DNA of 64,000 bases from Candidatus Omnitrophota bacterium (GCA_016935525.1 JAFGQU010000004.1:131774-195773); one strand, 5' to 3'. Positions 30,429 to 40,137 are shown, counted from the stretch's first letter. Notes: a model not told the origin generated them from the letters alone. Translations and numbers: made by a program.

Positions 30429-30481
30429 GCCTCGGCGATAGACGGTACATCTTCATGAGGATACGTCATTTCCCCTTCCCC

Positions 30482-31921
30482 TCAGGGAATGCCGAACCAC
30501 CCCGATACCGGAGATTTGTCAAACCCGATCCCGAGATGCCGGCACTGGACATATTCGAAAAACCCGGATTTACCCAGATTCCTGCCCCATCCGCTCTGTT
30601 TCGTCCCGCCGAAAGGAGTGGCCGAGTTCATCCGGGCAAACGTATTGAGCCATATCGTACCGCAGGAAACAGTTTTAGCTATTTTCTCGAGGTTTACTAT
30701 ATCTTTTGACCATAGCTGTGCTACTAATCCGGTAGGATTGTTCCGGAGGATCTTTTTGATCTCCTCGTTATTTTTCACTTTTTTCACTAACAGTACCGGC
30801 GCGAAAAACTCTTCATAAAGGATCTCGTCTATTTCGATAATCGTCGGCGGATAAAAATATCCTTTTAAGGAAGGGATCTCCCCGCCGGTAAGCAAGCGGT
30901 TGCCTTTATTTACCAATTCCTGTACCCGGGCATGCACCTCGTCACGGTGCCCTTTTGTCGGTAACGCGCCCATTGTGCAGGTAGCGCTGAAAGGGTCGCC
31001 TAACGTTATGGTTTTTACCCCTTCAAGTAACCGGGCAACACACCGATCATACACTTTCTCTTCGATAAGTACGATACTCGTCCCGATACAGATCTGTCCC
31101 TGTTTCATAAACGCCGAACCAAGGACGTTCTGGACGGCTTCCTCACAATCGGCATCGTTATAGATAACGGTACAATTCGCTCCGCCCAGTTCACAGAGGA
31201 TTTTTTTAGGGTACACGCTTGATTCACTCACTATTTTTTTGAGCGTCCCCCGTGACCCGGTAAAAGAGATAAGGTCTACCGGACTCCGAGCAAGGTGCGC
31301 TCCGACCGTTACGCCGGGACCGGAGACGATATTGATCAACCCTTTGGGTATATCGAGCCGGTCGATCACTTTCGCCAATTCCAATAATGAAAGCGATCCG
31401 TATTCCGAAGGTTTTACGATCAGACTGTTACCGCCGGCAAGCGCCGCCGCACAACTAAACCCGAAGATCATCAGTGGTACGTTATAAGGCAGATAGACCC
31501 CGCAGGTCCCAAACGGCACATAGTCGATATAATCGGTCCCGTCGGATGTGTGATGCAGCTCTTCGGTGAACGTCTCCAGAAATGAAGCGTAATACCCAAA
31601 ACAATCCGCCGCCAAAGGTATATCCACAAACAGAGATTCTTTATGCGGTTTACCTATCTCTCTGGTCTCAAGTTCAGCCAGGATGCTGAGATGTTCCAAG
31701 ATCGCTCTTTGGATCTCCCGTAACGTGTTCGCCCGGTCAAGCTTAGAAATTTCCCGCCACAGCAACGAAGCTTCCCTCGCCGCGTCGACCGCGGACTTAA
31801 GATCTTCCGACGTAGTCTCGTATATCTGAGCGATAGGTTCAGCCGTTACCGGATTTTCTATCGCGATCACATTGTTACTCTTTTTAAACTCTCCGGCAAT
31901 GTAATAAGGATATTCCTTCAT
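30482..31921 (-). CDS. NAD(P)-dependent aldehyde dehydrogenase
   Basis: ELGGANC Glu motif, GQICIGTS catalytic Cys motif and a GSxxTG cofactor motif. The ORF-track extension to 31969 starts at GTG inside the repeat and is unlikely. The MKEYPYY start fits better. Confidence 0.8.
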   Translation of the reverse strand: MKEYPYYIAGEFKKSNNVIAIENPVTAEPIAQIYETTSEDLKSAVDAAREASLLWREISKLDRANTLREIQRAILEHLSILAELETREIGKPHKESLFVDIPLAADCFGYYASFLETFTEELHHTSDGTDYIDYVPFGTCGVYLPYNVPLMIFGFSCAAALAGGNSLIVKPSEYGSLSLLELAKVIDRLDIPKGLINIVSGPGVTVGAHLARSPVDLISFTGSRGTLKKIVSESSVYPKKILCELGGANCTVIYNDADCEEAVQNVLGSAFMKQGQICIGTSIVLIEEKVYDRCVARLLEGVKTITLGDPFSATCTMGALPTKGHRDEVHARVQELVNKGNRLLTGGEIPSLKGYFYPPTIIEIDEILYEEFFAPVLLVKKVKNNEEIKKILRNNPTGLVAQLWSKDIVNLEKIAKTVSCGTIWLNTFARMNSATPFGGTKQSGWGRNLGKSGFFEYVQCRHLGIGFDKSPVSGWFGIP

Positions 31922-31939
31922 AATTTTAGTTTTATAATG

Positions 31940-32022
31940 GTCACACGACACATAGTCACATAGACACACGTAAAAAAATATGGATCTTATACGTGTGACG
32001 TGTGACGTGTGACTTTGTGACC
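31940..32022. repeat. REP-like GTGAC-heptamer palindromic element
   Basis: ggtcacacgacacatagtcacatagacacacg - taaaaaaatatggatcttat - acgtgtgacgtgtgacgtgtgactttgtgacc. Lies between the aldolase stop and the ALDH start. Confidence 0.8.
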
Positions 32023-32023
32023 T

Positions 32024-33046
32024 TCATTCTACCGGCGCTTCTTCCCATAATTTGAAGGTGCGTACCATCACCGGGTACCACCGGCTCATCTTCGCAAAAT
32101 CACCTTTGGTCTTCACCTTCCCCTGAGTCGATGCGACAAAAGGATCGATCTCTTTATTGAACACTTTTTTAAGGACTTCCGGTTTACCGATGATCACAAA
32201 TTCCGCATCATCACAGTCGTCATCACGGACTATCCGGCCCTGTTCATAACAGAACCGCATGACTTCATCCGTATCCTGATTTTTTACCGCAAGCGTACAG
32301 GTCAATCCGTATTGTTTCCCTAAAGCTTGAGCTTGTTCGTCATTATTGACCAGTTCAGTAAGCCGCCCGCGGTGCGCCGCCGATAACATCTTATAGGTCT
32401 TCGACACACGCTGAGCATGTAATATCGGCTGTGTTTCCTGAACATGCAATCCGGCGGAAACCGCCTGGCTTTTAGTAATCAGATTTACTTTTGTCTGTTC
32501 TTCAATCAATTCCAAAAGGCTCACCGCTTCTTTGAATTCTTTCCCTATCGCCACGACCCCATGATACCGCAGTACCGTAATATTATTAGCCTCAAGCGCC
32601 GCCACGACCGGTTGTATATCGGTGACCGTAGGCGTATTCTGGGGTATGACCCGGACATTACCCAGATAGAATTTCGCTTCAAACGAAAATATATCCAGCG
32701 TATCGAAATAATGAAAAAACGCGGTCGTACACGGAGAATGGCTGTGGACTACGGTCTGGATATCGGGAAGCGACCGATACACCGCGAGGTGCAGATCTTT
32801 TTCACTGGACGGGGCCGATTCATTTCCCGCGATGAGATTGCCGTCGATATCGACACTCACGATATCGTCATAAGTCAAATGCCCCAAATAACAATCATGC
32901 CGGGTGATAAGGATGTGATTGGGGCCGATACGGCACGACAGGTTGCCGCTGCGGGCAGTGATCAACCCTTTTTGATAAAGGATATTCGCCCAATAAATGA
33001 TCTCTTTTTTTTCTCGTTCACACTTCACTGCCAGGCACCTCCTCAC
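32024..33046 (-). CDS. Class II aldolase/adducin-family protein fused to a C-terminal SCP2-like domain
   Basis: N-terminal half with GNLSCRIGPNHILIT...HSHSP, as in MtnB/FucA-type aldolases. C-terminus ...QGKVKTKGDFAKMSRW resembles the SCP2 sterol-carrier signature. Confidence 0.65.
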   Translation of the reverse strand: MRRCLAVKCEREKKEIIYWANILYQKGLITARSGNLSCRIGPNHILITRHDCYLGHLTYDDIVSVDIDGNLIAGNESAPSSEKDLHLAVYRSLPDIQTVVHSHSPCTTAFFHYFDTLDIFSFEAKFYLGNVRVIPQNTPTVTDIQPVVAALEANNITVLRYHGVVAIGKEFKEAVSLLELIEEQTKVNLITKSQAVSAGLHVQETQPILHAQRVSKTYKMLSAAHRGRLTELVNNDEQAQALGKQYGLTCTLAVKNQDTDEVMRFCYEQGRIVRDDDCDDAEFVIIGKPEVLKKVFNKEIDPFVASTQGKVKTKGDFAKMSRWYPVMVRTFKLWEEAPVE

Positions 33047-33500
33047 CGATTGTTTCGCGTTCAGAATGTATTATATACTTCTTTGACCGTTCATCTACAA
33101 CAAAATTATGTCCCGCCAGGGTCGAAGCATCCCGGTCAAAACCGGAAAGATCGTATTCCCCTTCAGCAAGGATACATACCGGCACCCGGTGGATTTCACT
33201 TAACAGCGCCGCGTATGAAGCCCCGGTCATCCCTTCCGGCCGCAAGGAACCTTTACGGCAGAAAAGAAACGTCTTTTTTATCTTTTTCGTATAGAAAAGA
33301 ATACCGATCATATTGTCGGTACAATATACCGCCGGGATGTAGTGTGAGGAAAGAAGCGGTAGATTATGGTGGATCCCGACACAATACGGCCGCTGTTCCG
33401 GGACGATCACCAGAGCGTCTTCATCCTTTAAGCAGGCAATATGTTCGTGTGAGATGATTCCCCATACCAACACCGCATTTTTAATCGTTTCAAGTTTCAT
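33018..33500 (-). CDS. Hypothetical protein
   Basis: 160-aa ORF in operon position, overlapping its neighbours. No recognised motif. Confidence 0.3.
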   Translation of the reverse strand: MKLETIKNAVLVWGIISHEHIACLKDEDALVIVPEQRPYCVGIHHNLPLLSSHYIPAVYCTDNMIGILFYTKKIKKTFLFCRKGSLRPEGMTGASYAALLSEIHRVPVCILAEGEYDLSGFDRDASTLAGHNFVVDERSKKYIIHSERETIGEEVPGSEV

Positions 33501-34402
33501 TGTTTCATCGGTAATTCTAAAGATTTTGTGATCAATCGGCCGGGCACCACATCAAATGCTGGATATACCGCGTCCTGGCCGTTACTCCACTTCTCAATAT
33601 AAGAAAACACCTCGCGCGGCGGCCGTTCTTCGATCTCGATACTGTTCACATCGATATCGCGGGGATATTGAGTAAGCGCGTAAAACGGGATATTGAAATG
33701 ACGGGCAAGGCACCCGAGGGCATACGTCCCGGTTTTATTGATAATATCTCCGGTCTTCGTCGCCCGGTCGGCACCGACCACGACACAATTCACTTTTTGT
33801 TTTTTCATAAGTAAAGCCGCCTGATTATCGCAGAGGAGATAACAAGACAGGTTGTTTTTCCGTAACTCCCAAAAGGTGATCCGGCTGCCCTGCAGGTAAG
33901 GCCGGGTTTCACATACGTAATAAGAAACGTGTTTACCCGAAGATTCCAATGCTTCAGCAAGATATAACAATTCTCCGTTGACGTTACATATCGTAAGGAT
34001 ATGCGCCTCTTGCGGCAGGAGTCCGGCAAGAGTAGTTGCCCTTAATTTACGGGCCCGGTCGAAATTCGTGATGAATCCGGAAACGATCTTATCCAGCGGC
34101 GCGCCGGATGCGCGGTAACGTTTTATTAATCCGTTTAAAAACAAAAAATCGAATGTAGGACGGGTCTTTTGGAATTTCCCGGCGATCTCATCGCTCGCAC
34201 ACGAATTTTCAAAAAGCACGCAACAATAGAAAAATAAAAGCACCTGGCCTAATGAACGGGTCTTCATCTGGCCTAACACACCCAAGGCGTCATCAAGAGT
34301 TTTTACCGTGATATACTCACACGTATAAGGGATCTTAGTCTCATCCAGGACTTGTATAGTATTTTCCGTTAAGCTGACCGGAAAAAGCAAAGGGCTATCC
34401 AT
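33497..34402 (-). CDS. eIF-2B-family sugar-phosphate isomerase (MtnA / ribose-1,5-bisphosphate isomerase-like)
   Basis: GADRATKTGDIINKTGTYALG and a C-terminal PAFDVVPGRLIT, characteristic of MtnA-type isomerases. Confidence 0.7.
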   Translation of the reverse strand: MDSPLLFPVSLTENTIQVLDETKIPYTCEYITVKTLDDALGVLGQMKTRSLGQVLLFFYCCVLFENSCASDEIAGKFQKTRPTFDFLFLNGLIKRYRASGAPLDKIVSGFITNFDRARKLRATTLAGLLPQEAHILTICNVNGELLYLAEALESSGKHVSYYVCETRPYLQGSRITFWELRKNNLSCYLLCDNQAALLMKKQKVNCVVVGADRATKTGDIINKTGTYALGCLARHFNIPFYALTQYPRDIDVNSIEIEERPPREVFSYIEKWSNGQDAVYPAFDVVPGRLITKSLELPMKQ

Positions 34403-35210
34403 ATATATTCTCCCTATAGTTCTTCAATATCTGCCGGGACAGTTCGCCCGGGCGCCCGGAAGATATGGGTCTTCCTTCCCACTCGACCAGCGGCATTACA
34501 TATAGTAACGAACTGGTCAAGAACGCTTCGTCACAGCGTGCGATATCATCCTGACCTATTTTTTTCTCTTTAACCGGCACCCCCAACGTCTTGATTATCG
34601 TACATATTTCTTGAGCGGTAATGCCGGTAAAGACACTTGCGTCTTCCCCGGGAATATATACCGTACCGTCTCTGATAAGAAACAGATTACTGCGCGCTCC
34701 TCCGACAATATCTCCCCGGACGCTGACGACCAACGCTTCGTCTTTTTTATGTTGCTGGGCATATAACCAGCTTAACCGGTTATATCCGTAACTTAACGAT
34801 TTTACTGCCCGTAACCCGCTGTGCTCATAACGGCGGTAAGGCGATATCACGGCTTTAAATCCCGTATCATACACTTCCGGAGGATAATAGCCGAAGGTAT
34901 CGGTATACATGATCACTCCGGTACTTTTACGTTTTTTATATACGGTAATCCGGATATAGGCATCTCCCCGAGCCAGACCGTTTTCATCCAGAAGGCGGGT
35001 TATTTCTTTTTCCCATTCAAGAACGACCGCATCCAAGCCCAGTACTCTGAGGGCTTCTTCCAATCTTGCCAGGTGCGATTTAAGATGCGGTATTTTTCCG
35101 TCCCAAGCCCGCATCGTCTCAAATGCGCCCCAACCGAAAAGATATCCCGGCTCAAGGATCTCGTTGATATCCTCTTTCTCGTAAAGCTGGTTATTCAAAA
35201 ATACTTTCAT
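34395..35210 (-). CDS. Class IV PLP aminotransferase-fold protein (BCAT or aminodeoxychorismate-lyase-like)
   Basis: EAFLTSS motif near the C-terminus and the overall class IV fold pattern. 271 aa, PabC-like in size. Confidence 0.65.
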   Translation of the reverse strand: MKVFLNNQLYEKEDINEILEPGYLFGWGAFETMRAWDGKIPHLKSHLARLEEALRVLGLDAVVLEWEKEITRLLDENGLARGDAYIRITVYKKRKSTGVIMYTDTFGYYPPEVYDTGFKAVISPYRRYEHSGLRAVKSLSYGYNRLSWLYAQQHKKDEALVVSVRGDIVGGARSNLFLIRDGTVYIPGEDASVFTGITAQEICTIIKTLGVPVKEKKIGQDDIARCDEAFLTSSLLYVMPLVEWEGRPISSGRPGELSRQILKNYRENIYG

Positions 35211-36115
35211 CGCGTATCAGAAGGAAACAGGGAAAGGAAATTCCTTCCGGTAATATCTCCCTTTACCTGAGGCCCTAATTCTTCAAGCATAGAAAGGTCC
35301 TTATCCAGATCGCCGCACACCGGATAATCTGAACCCCATAATATTTTATCGGCACCGAAAAGGTCGATAGCCATGAGGATGTTCGAAAAGGAATTCCCGG
35401 AAGTATCGACATAGACGTTACGTAATATCTGCGAAGGAAAGCTCCCTAGGTCTTTTACGATACCACGGCCGCGTAACATCGTATATATCCGGTCAAACCG
35501 GTCTTTTAAGAAAGGCACGACCCCCCCCAGACTTGAAAAGATGAATTTTGCCTCATATTTCTGTAACACCCCTTCGGTCATCAAGAGGCCCAAAAACATC
35601 GAACTGTCAAAGCTATATTCCAGAACCGGCATCAATAACGGGTCATTGACCCGGTCAAACCCGATAGGATTAATCGTCTGAGGATGCACGAAAATAGGAA
35701 GTCCTATGTCGGCAGCAGCGTGGAAAAGGAGTTCGAGTTCTTTCACCATAAACTTCCCCTGGTAACTCGAGGAAAGGTTAATTGCGCCAAACCCGCGTTC
35801 TTTTAACCGGCGGGCTTGTTCGGCGAGCGTCGAAGGATCGTCCACATTCACCAATCCGGTCCCGACAATACGCTGATTGCAAGAAACAATTTCTGAGACC
35901 GCATCGTTGTACAAGCGACAAAGGTAATCGTTATCTTTTATGTTCGCGGCGGCATCGGTGGAAGGATACACCAGTAACGCTTTTGCGATACGGTAACGTT
36001 CCAGAAAGGCGAAGAGCTTTTCTTTATCAGTCCACGCTCCTTTATAGAAAGAGGTATGGCGTGATAACTCTTCGGGAATGAAATGGATATGGGCATCACA
36101 CAACATAGGCATCAA
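35207..36115 (-). CDS. Amidohydrolase_2-family metal-dependent hydrolase/decarboxylase
   Basis: N-terminal CDAHIH metal-binding motif of TIM-barrel amidohydrolases. The ATG at 36112 is a better start than the TTG at 36115. Confidence 0.6.
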   Translation of the reverse strand: MMPMLCDAHIHFIPEELSRHTSFYKGAWTDKEKLFAFLERYRIAKALLVYPSTDAAANIKDNDYLCRLYNDAVSEIVSCNQRIVGTGLVNVDDPSTLAEQARRLKERGFGAINLSSSYQGKFMVKELELLFHAAADIGLPIFVHPQTINPIGFDRVNDPLLMPVLEYSFDSSMFLGLLMTEGVLQKYEAKFIFSSLGGVVPFLKDRFDRIYTMLRGRGIVKDLGSFPSQILRNVYVDTSGNSFSNILMAIDLFGADKILWGSDYPVCGDLDKDLSMLEELGPQVKGDITGRNFLSLFPSDTR

Positions 36116-36117
36116 TA

Positions 36118-36191
36118 GTCACACGACACACGTCACACGTCACACGTGAAACCGAATACGTGTGACTATGTGACCTTGTGACTTTGTGACC
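36118..36191. repeat. REP-like GTGAC-heptamer palindromic element
   Basis: gtcacacgacacacgtcacacgtcacacgtg-aaaccgaata-cgtgtgactatgtgaccttgtgactttgtgac. It fills the gap between the B12-rSAM stop and the amidohydrolase start. Confidence 0.8.
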
Positions 36192-36192
36192 C

Positions 36193-37653
36193 TTATATAT
36201 GTTTTTCTCCCTTCACCGCGCCTTCTTCCCATTGGGAGACCCCGCGCATCACGTCCTGAAAACACAGTTTGGCTAATTGATCGAACTGGCTGTACATGAT
36301 CCGTTGGACCCGTCCAGGTTTTGAGAAAAATTCGCGCATACACCATGCACCCAATCTTCCCAGATCTTCTATGGAAAGATGATCGGTCGGCATCACCGGG
36401 TGCAAAAAATCCCATTTAAGAAAATCGATCTTTTTCGGATCGATGATCCCTTTCGCCATCCCCCGTTTCCATATCGGTGAGTTCGGCGCCGGAGTCACAT
36501 ATCCGATCCATAAGATATCGGGATCGACTTCGTCGGTAAACTCAAACCGCTGTTTCACGATCGCTTCGGTATCATAATCAAACCCCATCATGATATCGGC
36601 GACTACCGCGACATTGTTCCGGCGTAATATCTCGATGGTCTTTCTGATCTGTTCGATGGTAATCCCTTTGGCGATCTTCTTAAGTTCTTCCGGTGTGGTC
36701 ACCTCTATTCCAAATACTCCGATAAACAGACCGGTCTCTTTCATCAGCGGCAGGATCTCTTCACAGTTTACCCAATCGATCGCCCGGCCTAAAGAGACCC
36801 ATTTGATCGGATTGCCTTTTTCTTTTTTCAGGTCACAGAACTTTTTAACTCTTTCGGGATTCACGTTAAAATTATCGTCCTGGATGACCACGACTTTCGT
36901 GCCGAACTTATGATGAAGTAATTCGAGTTCTTCGATCACCCGTTCGGGAGATTTTGCCCGCCACTTCAAAAAATCTTCCGGGTGCCGCGGATCATACTGG
37001 TCCCATTCGTAACAGAACGTACAGGCCGAAGGGCACCCGCGGGAGGTCACCATTTCCACAAACGGTTTCCAGTGAGTATGGCCCACATACTTATCCATCG
37101 GGAAAAGGTCGTACGCCGGGAGCGGAAGGCTGTCCAGGCATACATTAAGCGGCCGGTGAGGGCCCATGACCGGTTTACCGTCGACGCGGGAAGAGACCCC
37201 GGCAAGGTCTTTGACCGGTTTTTTCTCGTCGATCGTCGTGATCAGATCATGGAACGCTTCTTCTTCAGCCATCACCACATAATCGATCGCCGGGTTCTGT
37301 TCCAGAGTAAATATCGGCATAGAAGAATACCATAATCCTCCGACAATGATCTTGGTATCAGGCAATGCCTGTTTTATCCGGGAAGCCGCTTCATTGAAAT
37401 ACCAGAGGATCGCGAACCCTCCGTAAGAATGGAGCATATCACCCAGCATTACCACATCCGGATTTTTCTCTTTTACCATGTGGACCATCTGGTCCATAGG
37501 TATTTCCAGGACGCGGCAATCGAGCACTTCCAGATCGTCATACCCTTTTTCCCGGACATAGGCACCCCACTGAGCATACAGCTGGTTAGGCGCGCGATGG
37601 ATACCATGAGTCGCCCATGCTCCCAACTTCGGCATCACAAACAATATTTTCAT
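36193..37653 (-). CDS. B12-binding-domain radical SAM enzyme (class B)
   Basis: N-terminal Rossmann-like B12-binding region, then SRGCPSACTFC (CX3CX2C). 486 aa. Confidence 0.75.
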   Translation of the reverse strand: MKILFVMPKLGAWATHGIHRAPNQLYAQWGAYVREKGYDDLEVLDCRVLEIPMDQMVHMVKEKNPDVVMLGDMLHSYGGFAILWYFNEAASRIKQALPDTKIIVGGLWYSSMPIFTLEQNPAIDYVVMAEEEAFHDLITTIDEKKPVKDLAGVSSRVDGKPVMGPHRPLNVCLDSLPLPAYDLFPMDKYVGHTHWKPFVEMVTSRGCPSACTFCYEWDQYDPRHPEDFLKWRAKSPERVIEELELLHHKFGTKVVVIQDDNFNVNPERVKKFCDLKKEKGNPIKWVSLGRAIDWVNCEEILPLMKETGLFIGVFGIEVTTPEELKKIAKGITIEQIRKTIEILRRNNVAVVADIMMGFDYDTEAIVKQRFEFTDEVDPDILWIGYVTPAPNSPIWKRGMAKGIIDPKKIDFLKWDFLHPVMPTDHLSIEDLGRLGAWCMREFFSKPGRVQRIMYSQFDQLAKLCFQDVMRGVSQWEEGAVKGEKHI

Positions 37654-37676
37654 ATCTTTCTCCTTTCTTTTTATAA

Positions 37677-37764
37677 GTCACACATCACATTATATAGAGG
37701 CGGAACCACGCGGATATTTATCTTTCCCTTACGTGTGACCTTGTGACTATGTGACTTTGTGACC
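37677..37764. repeat. REP-like GTGAC-heptamer palindromic element
   Basis: gtcacacatcacat - AT-rich core with tataga - acgtgtgaccttgtgactatgtgactttgtgacc. Lies between the SDR stop and the B12-rSAM start. Confidence 0.75.
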
Positions 37765-37765
37765 T

Positions 37766-38539
37766 TCATTTATTTGGATGTTCCTGTGTAAACGGAATCA
37801 CCGGTTTGGTCCAGGGAGTCTGTTGATTGATTACGGCAAGTTCCAGAGGATTCACGTTTGCTTCCTGGGTAAGCGCGAACATGACCGTATCGGCAACCGA
37901 TTCCACCGAACACAATCTATCGTTATCTGACGTCACTTCATTGAGTTTTCCGGTAAGCGGGGTCTTGGTCACTCCCGGAAAGATGGAAGTCACCTTAATC
38001 CCGAAATCACGCATTTCCCAGAAAAGGCCTTTGGCAAACGCGCGTAACGCTACTTTCAGCGAGGTATATACAATGAAATTGCGCGGCGGCGGATCGACCA
38101 TCACCGAACCGCTGGTGATATTCACGATATGGCCGGATTCCTGTTCTTTCATCTGGTTGACTACCAGCCGGGAAAGCATCACGTAACTATAATAATTGGT
38201 ATACATCACTTTTTCAATATCCTCAATGGGTTGTTGCCAGAACGGATACTGACTGGAAACACCCGCACCATTGATCAATACGTCTATCTTTTTAAACCGA
38301 GTGAGCGCAGTCTCAACCAGATTTTCAAGATCCTCGCGCTTGGTCACATCGCAACGGACACAGATCACTTTGTCTTTATTGGGTAAAGAGGCTTTCAACT
38401 CATCCAATACTTCAATCCTGCGGGCGGCAAGGACTAACGTCGCGTTACTTCGGGCTAATTTCTCAACGATGGCCTTTCCGATCCCGCCGGATGCACCGGT
38501 CACAATACATACCTTATTTTCTAACTGCACATGGTTCAT
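37766..38539 (-). CDS. Short-chain dehydrogenase/reductase, candidate ketoreductase
   Basis: TGASGGIGKAI Rossmann motif. YxxxK region present. 257 aa. Confidence 0.8.
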   Translation of the reverse strand: MNHVQLENKVCIVTGASGGIGKAIVEKLARSNATLVLAARRIEVLDELKASLPNKDKVICVRCDVTKREDLENLVETALTRFKKIDVLINGAGVSSQYPFWQQPIEDIEKVMYTNYYSYVMLSRLVVNQMKEQESGHIVNITSGSVMVDPPPRNFIVYTSLKVALRAFAKGLFWEMRDFGIKVTSIFPGVTKTPLTGKLNEVTSDNDRLCSVESVADTVMFALTQEANVNPLELAVINQQTPWTKPVIPFTQEHPNK

Positions 38540-38565
38540 ATGTCTTCCTCCGATCTTTTCTGTCG

Positions 38566-39690
38566 TTACGAATGAGCCAAGGATTTAGGCAATAAAAATC
38601 CCATTACTAAAAGCGCTGCCCCGACAATAAGAAAATGGGTTTGAAACCCTAAGTGAGAGATAGAGATCCCTCCGGCGGCGGCACCGATCCCGCCGGCAAA
38701 AAAACGTAACGCGCTGTTAAGGCTTGAGGAATCTCTTAATATCTTATCGGGAAAATGGGTAAGATGCGATGATAACCCCACGTGCGTCAACGCCCAGCCG
38801 CCACCCCAAAAAAGCATTACCATAAAAAGCGCCGAATAGAGCCGCAAAAAGAACAGGATACCGCAAAAAAGAGCCATCACCATAAACCCTATCCGGGCAA
38901 GATGGATATTGCCGATACGGGCGGCAAGTATCCCGCCTAAGAATTCGGCGCCGGTCGCACTTACCGTAGATACAGTAAGGATAGAACTGATCAACACCTG
39001 GGTCAAACCGTACTGGATCTTGAAATACACGCCTAACCATTGCTGAACACTGTGATAAAAAAAACTGACCAGGATGATAACGATAAAAAAGTTAAGCGCC
39101 CCCCTATCGCGAAACGTATCTACATAACTGACTTTAAAACTCTCCCGGCGAAAATCGAATTCATCAAGGGCTATCGGTATAATCAAAAGCATCAGAAAAC
39201 TCATCCCGGCCGGAATAAGATAAAGCCCGCGCCACGGGATAAACCCGCTCAAGAATACGCTCACACAGGTCGACACATACGAAATCGCGAATAAAGTGCC
39301 GATATATTTGGATTTCTCGTTTTGGGGGACGCTTTTACCTATGGTAATCAGGATCAACGGCACAAAACTACAACCAAAACATCCCATAAGGAACCGGAAT
39401 ATATACGCCTGCGGCAAGGTGCTTGAGAAGGCAAATCCGAACGTGGAAAGGCTATATCCGGCCATGGTAAAAAGCAATATTTTTTTCACGGCCATGATCC
39501 GGGTAAGCGGAGACCAAAGGAGAGCGCACACGCCGTAAGGAAGCATATAAAGCCAGATAAGCCTTGCCGCCTGAACCGGAGGCACTGCGAAATAGAGAGC
39601 AAACTGGGGGACTAACGCCGCCATTGCCGCCACTCCGAAAGAAAGCGTAAAGAAACTGACACAGAAAAGCGAAAAACTATTTTTAGACAT
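38566..39690 (-). CDS. MFS transporter
   Basis: 12 predicted TM segments with MFS-like loop motifs. Confidence 0.75.
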   Translation of the reverse strand: MSKNSFSLFCVSFFTLSFGVAAMAALVPQFALYFAVPPVQAARLIWLYMLPYGVCALLWSPLTRIMAVKKILLFTMAGYSLSTFGFAFSSTLPQAYIFRFLMGCFGCSFVPLILITIGKSVPQNEKSKYIGTLFAISYVSTCVSVFLSGFIPWRGLYLIPAGMSFLMLLIIPIALDEFDFRRESFKVSYVDTFRDRGALNFFIVIILVSFFYHSVQQWLGVYFKIQYGLTQVLISSILTVSTVSATGAEFLGGILAARIGNIHLARIGFMVMALFCGILFFLRLYSALFMVMLFWGGGWALTHVGLSSHLTHFPDKILRDSSSLNSALRFFAGGIGAAAGGISISHLGFQTHFLIVGAALLVMGFLLPKSLAHS

Positions 39691-40120
39691 GCACTTCTTG
39701 TTCGATCAACTCTTTAAATCGTTTCAGATTTTCCTGAGAATGGTTGTTAATTATCTCTTCGACCTGCGCGTCGTTGAATTTCGCTTTTTTATCCATAGAA
39801 AAATCCTGGATCCATTTCATCTCGATCCCGCCGGAGGTTTCGCGGTAAAGCCAGATGATCTTCATATATTCGAAAGGGAACATCGGTTCAAGACGGCAGG
39901 CATAGGCATATTTATCTTCTTTACCCAACAGGCGATAAGAAATCCAGGAATTCCCGTTCTGATGCGTGAGCTGGAACGTGATCTTATTGCCTTCCTGACG
40001 GATCACTTCCGAGGCGGTATATTCGCTAAAAAACTCTTTCCAACGGGAGATGTCATTACTCATATCAAATACTTTTTCGTAAGGAGCGTTAATTACGATT
40101 GAATTTACGGTATGCGCCAT
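39683..40120 (-). CDS. SRPBCC (Bet v1/START-like) polyketide cyclase/aromatase-like protein
   Basis: 145 aa with an SRPBCC-like pattern (NAPYEKVFDMSNDISRWKEFF...). Start codon ATG at 40120. Confidence 0.5.
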   Translation of the reverse strand: MAHTVNSIVINAPYEKVFDMSNDISRWKEFFSEYTASEVIRQEGNKITFQLTHQNGNSWISYRLLGKEDKYAYACRLEPMFPFEYMKIIWLYRETSGGIEMKWIQDFSMDKKAKFNDAQVEEIINNHSQENLKRFKELIEQEVHV

Positions 40121-40137
40121 TTTTCCTCCTTCTTTTT

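Noticed and set aside
31922-31969. ORF-track N-terminal extension of the aldehyde dehydrogenase (MCLCDYVSCDHYKTKI) and similar extensions (23172-24080 start region, the 41039 GTG start, the 36115 TTG start)
   Set aside because: These extensions start at GTG or TTG inside the repeat elements. Conserved N-termini (MKEYPYY, MPMLCDAHIH, MRIIDLS) with ATG starts lie just downstream.
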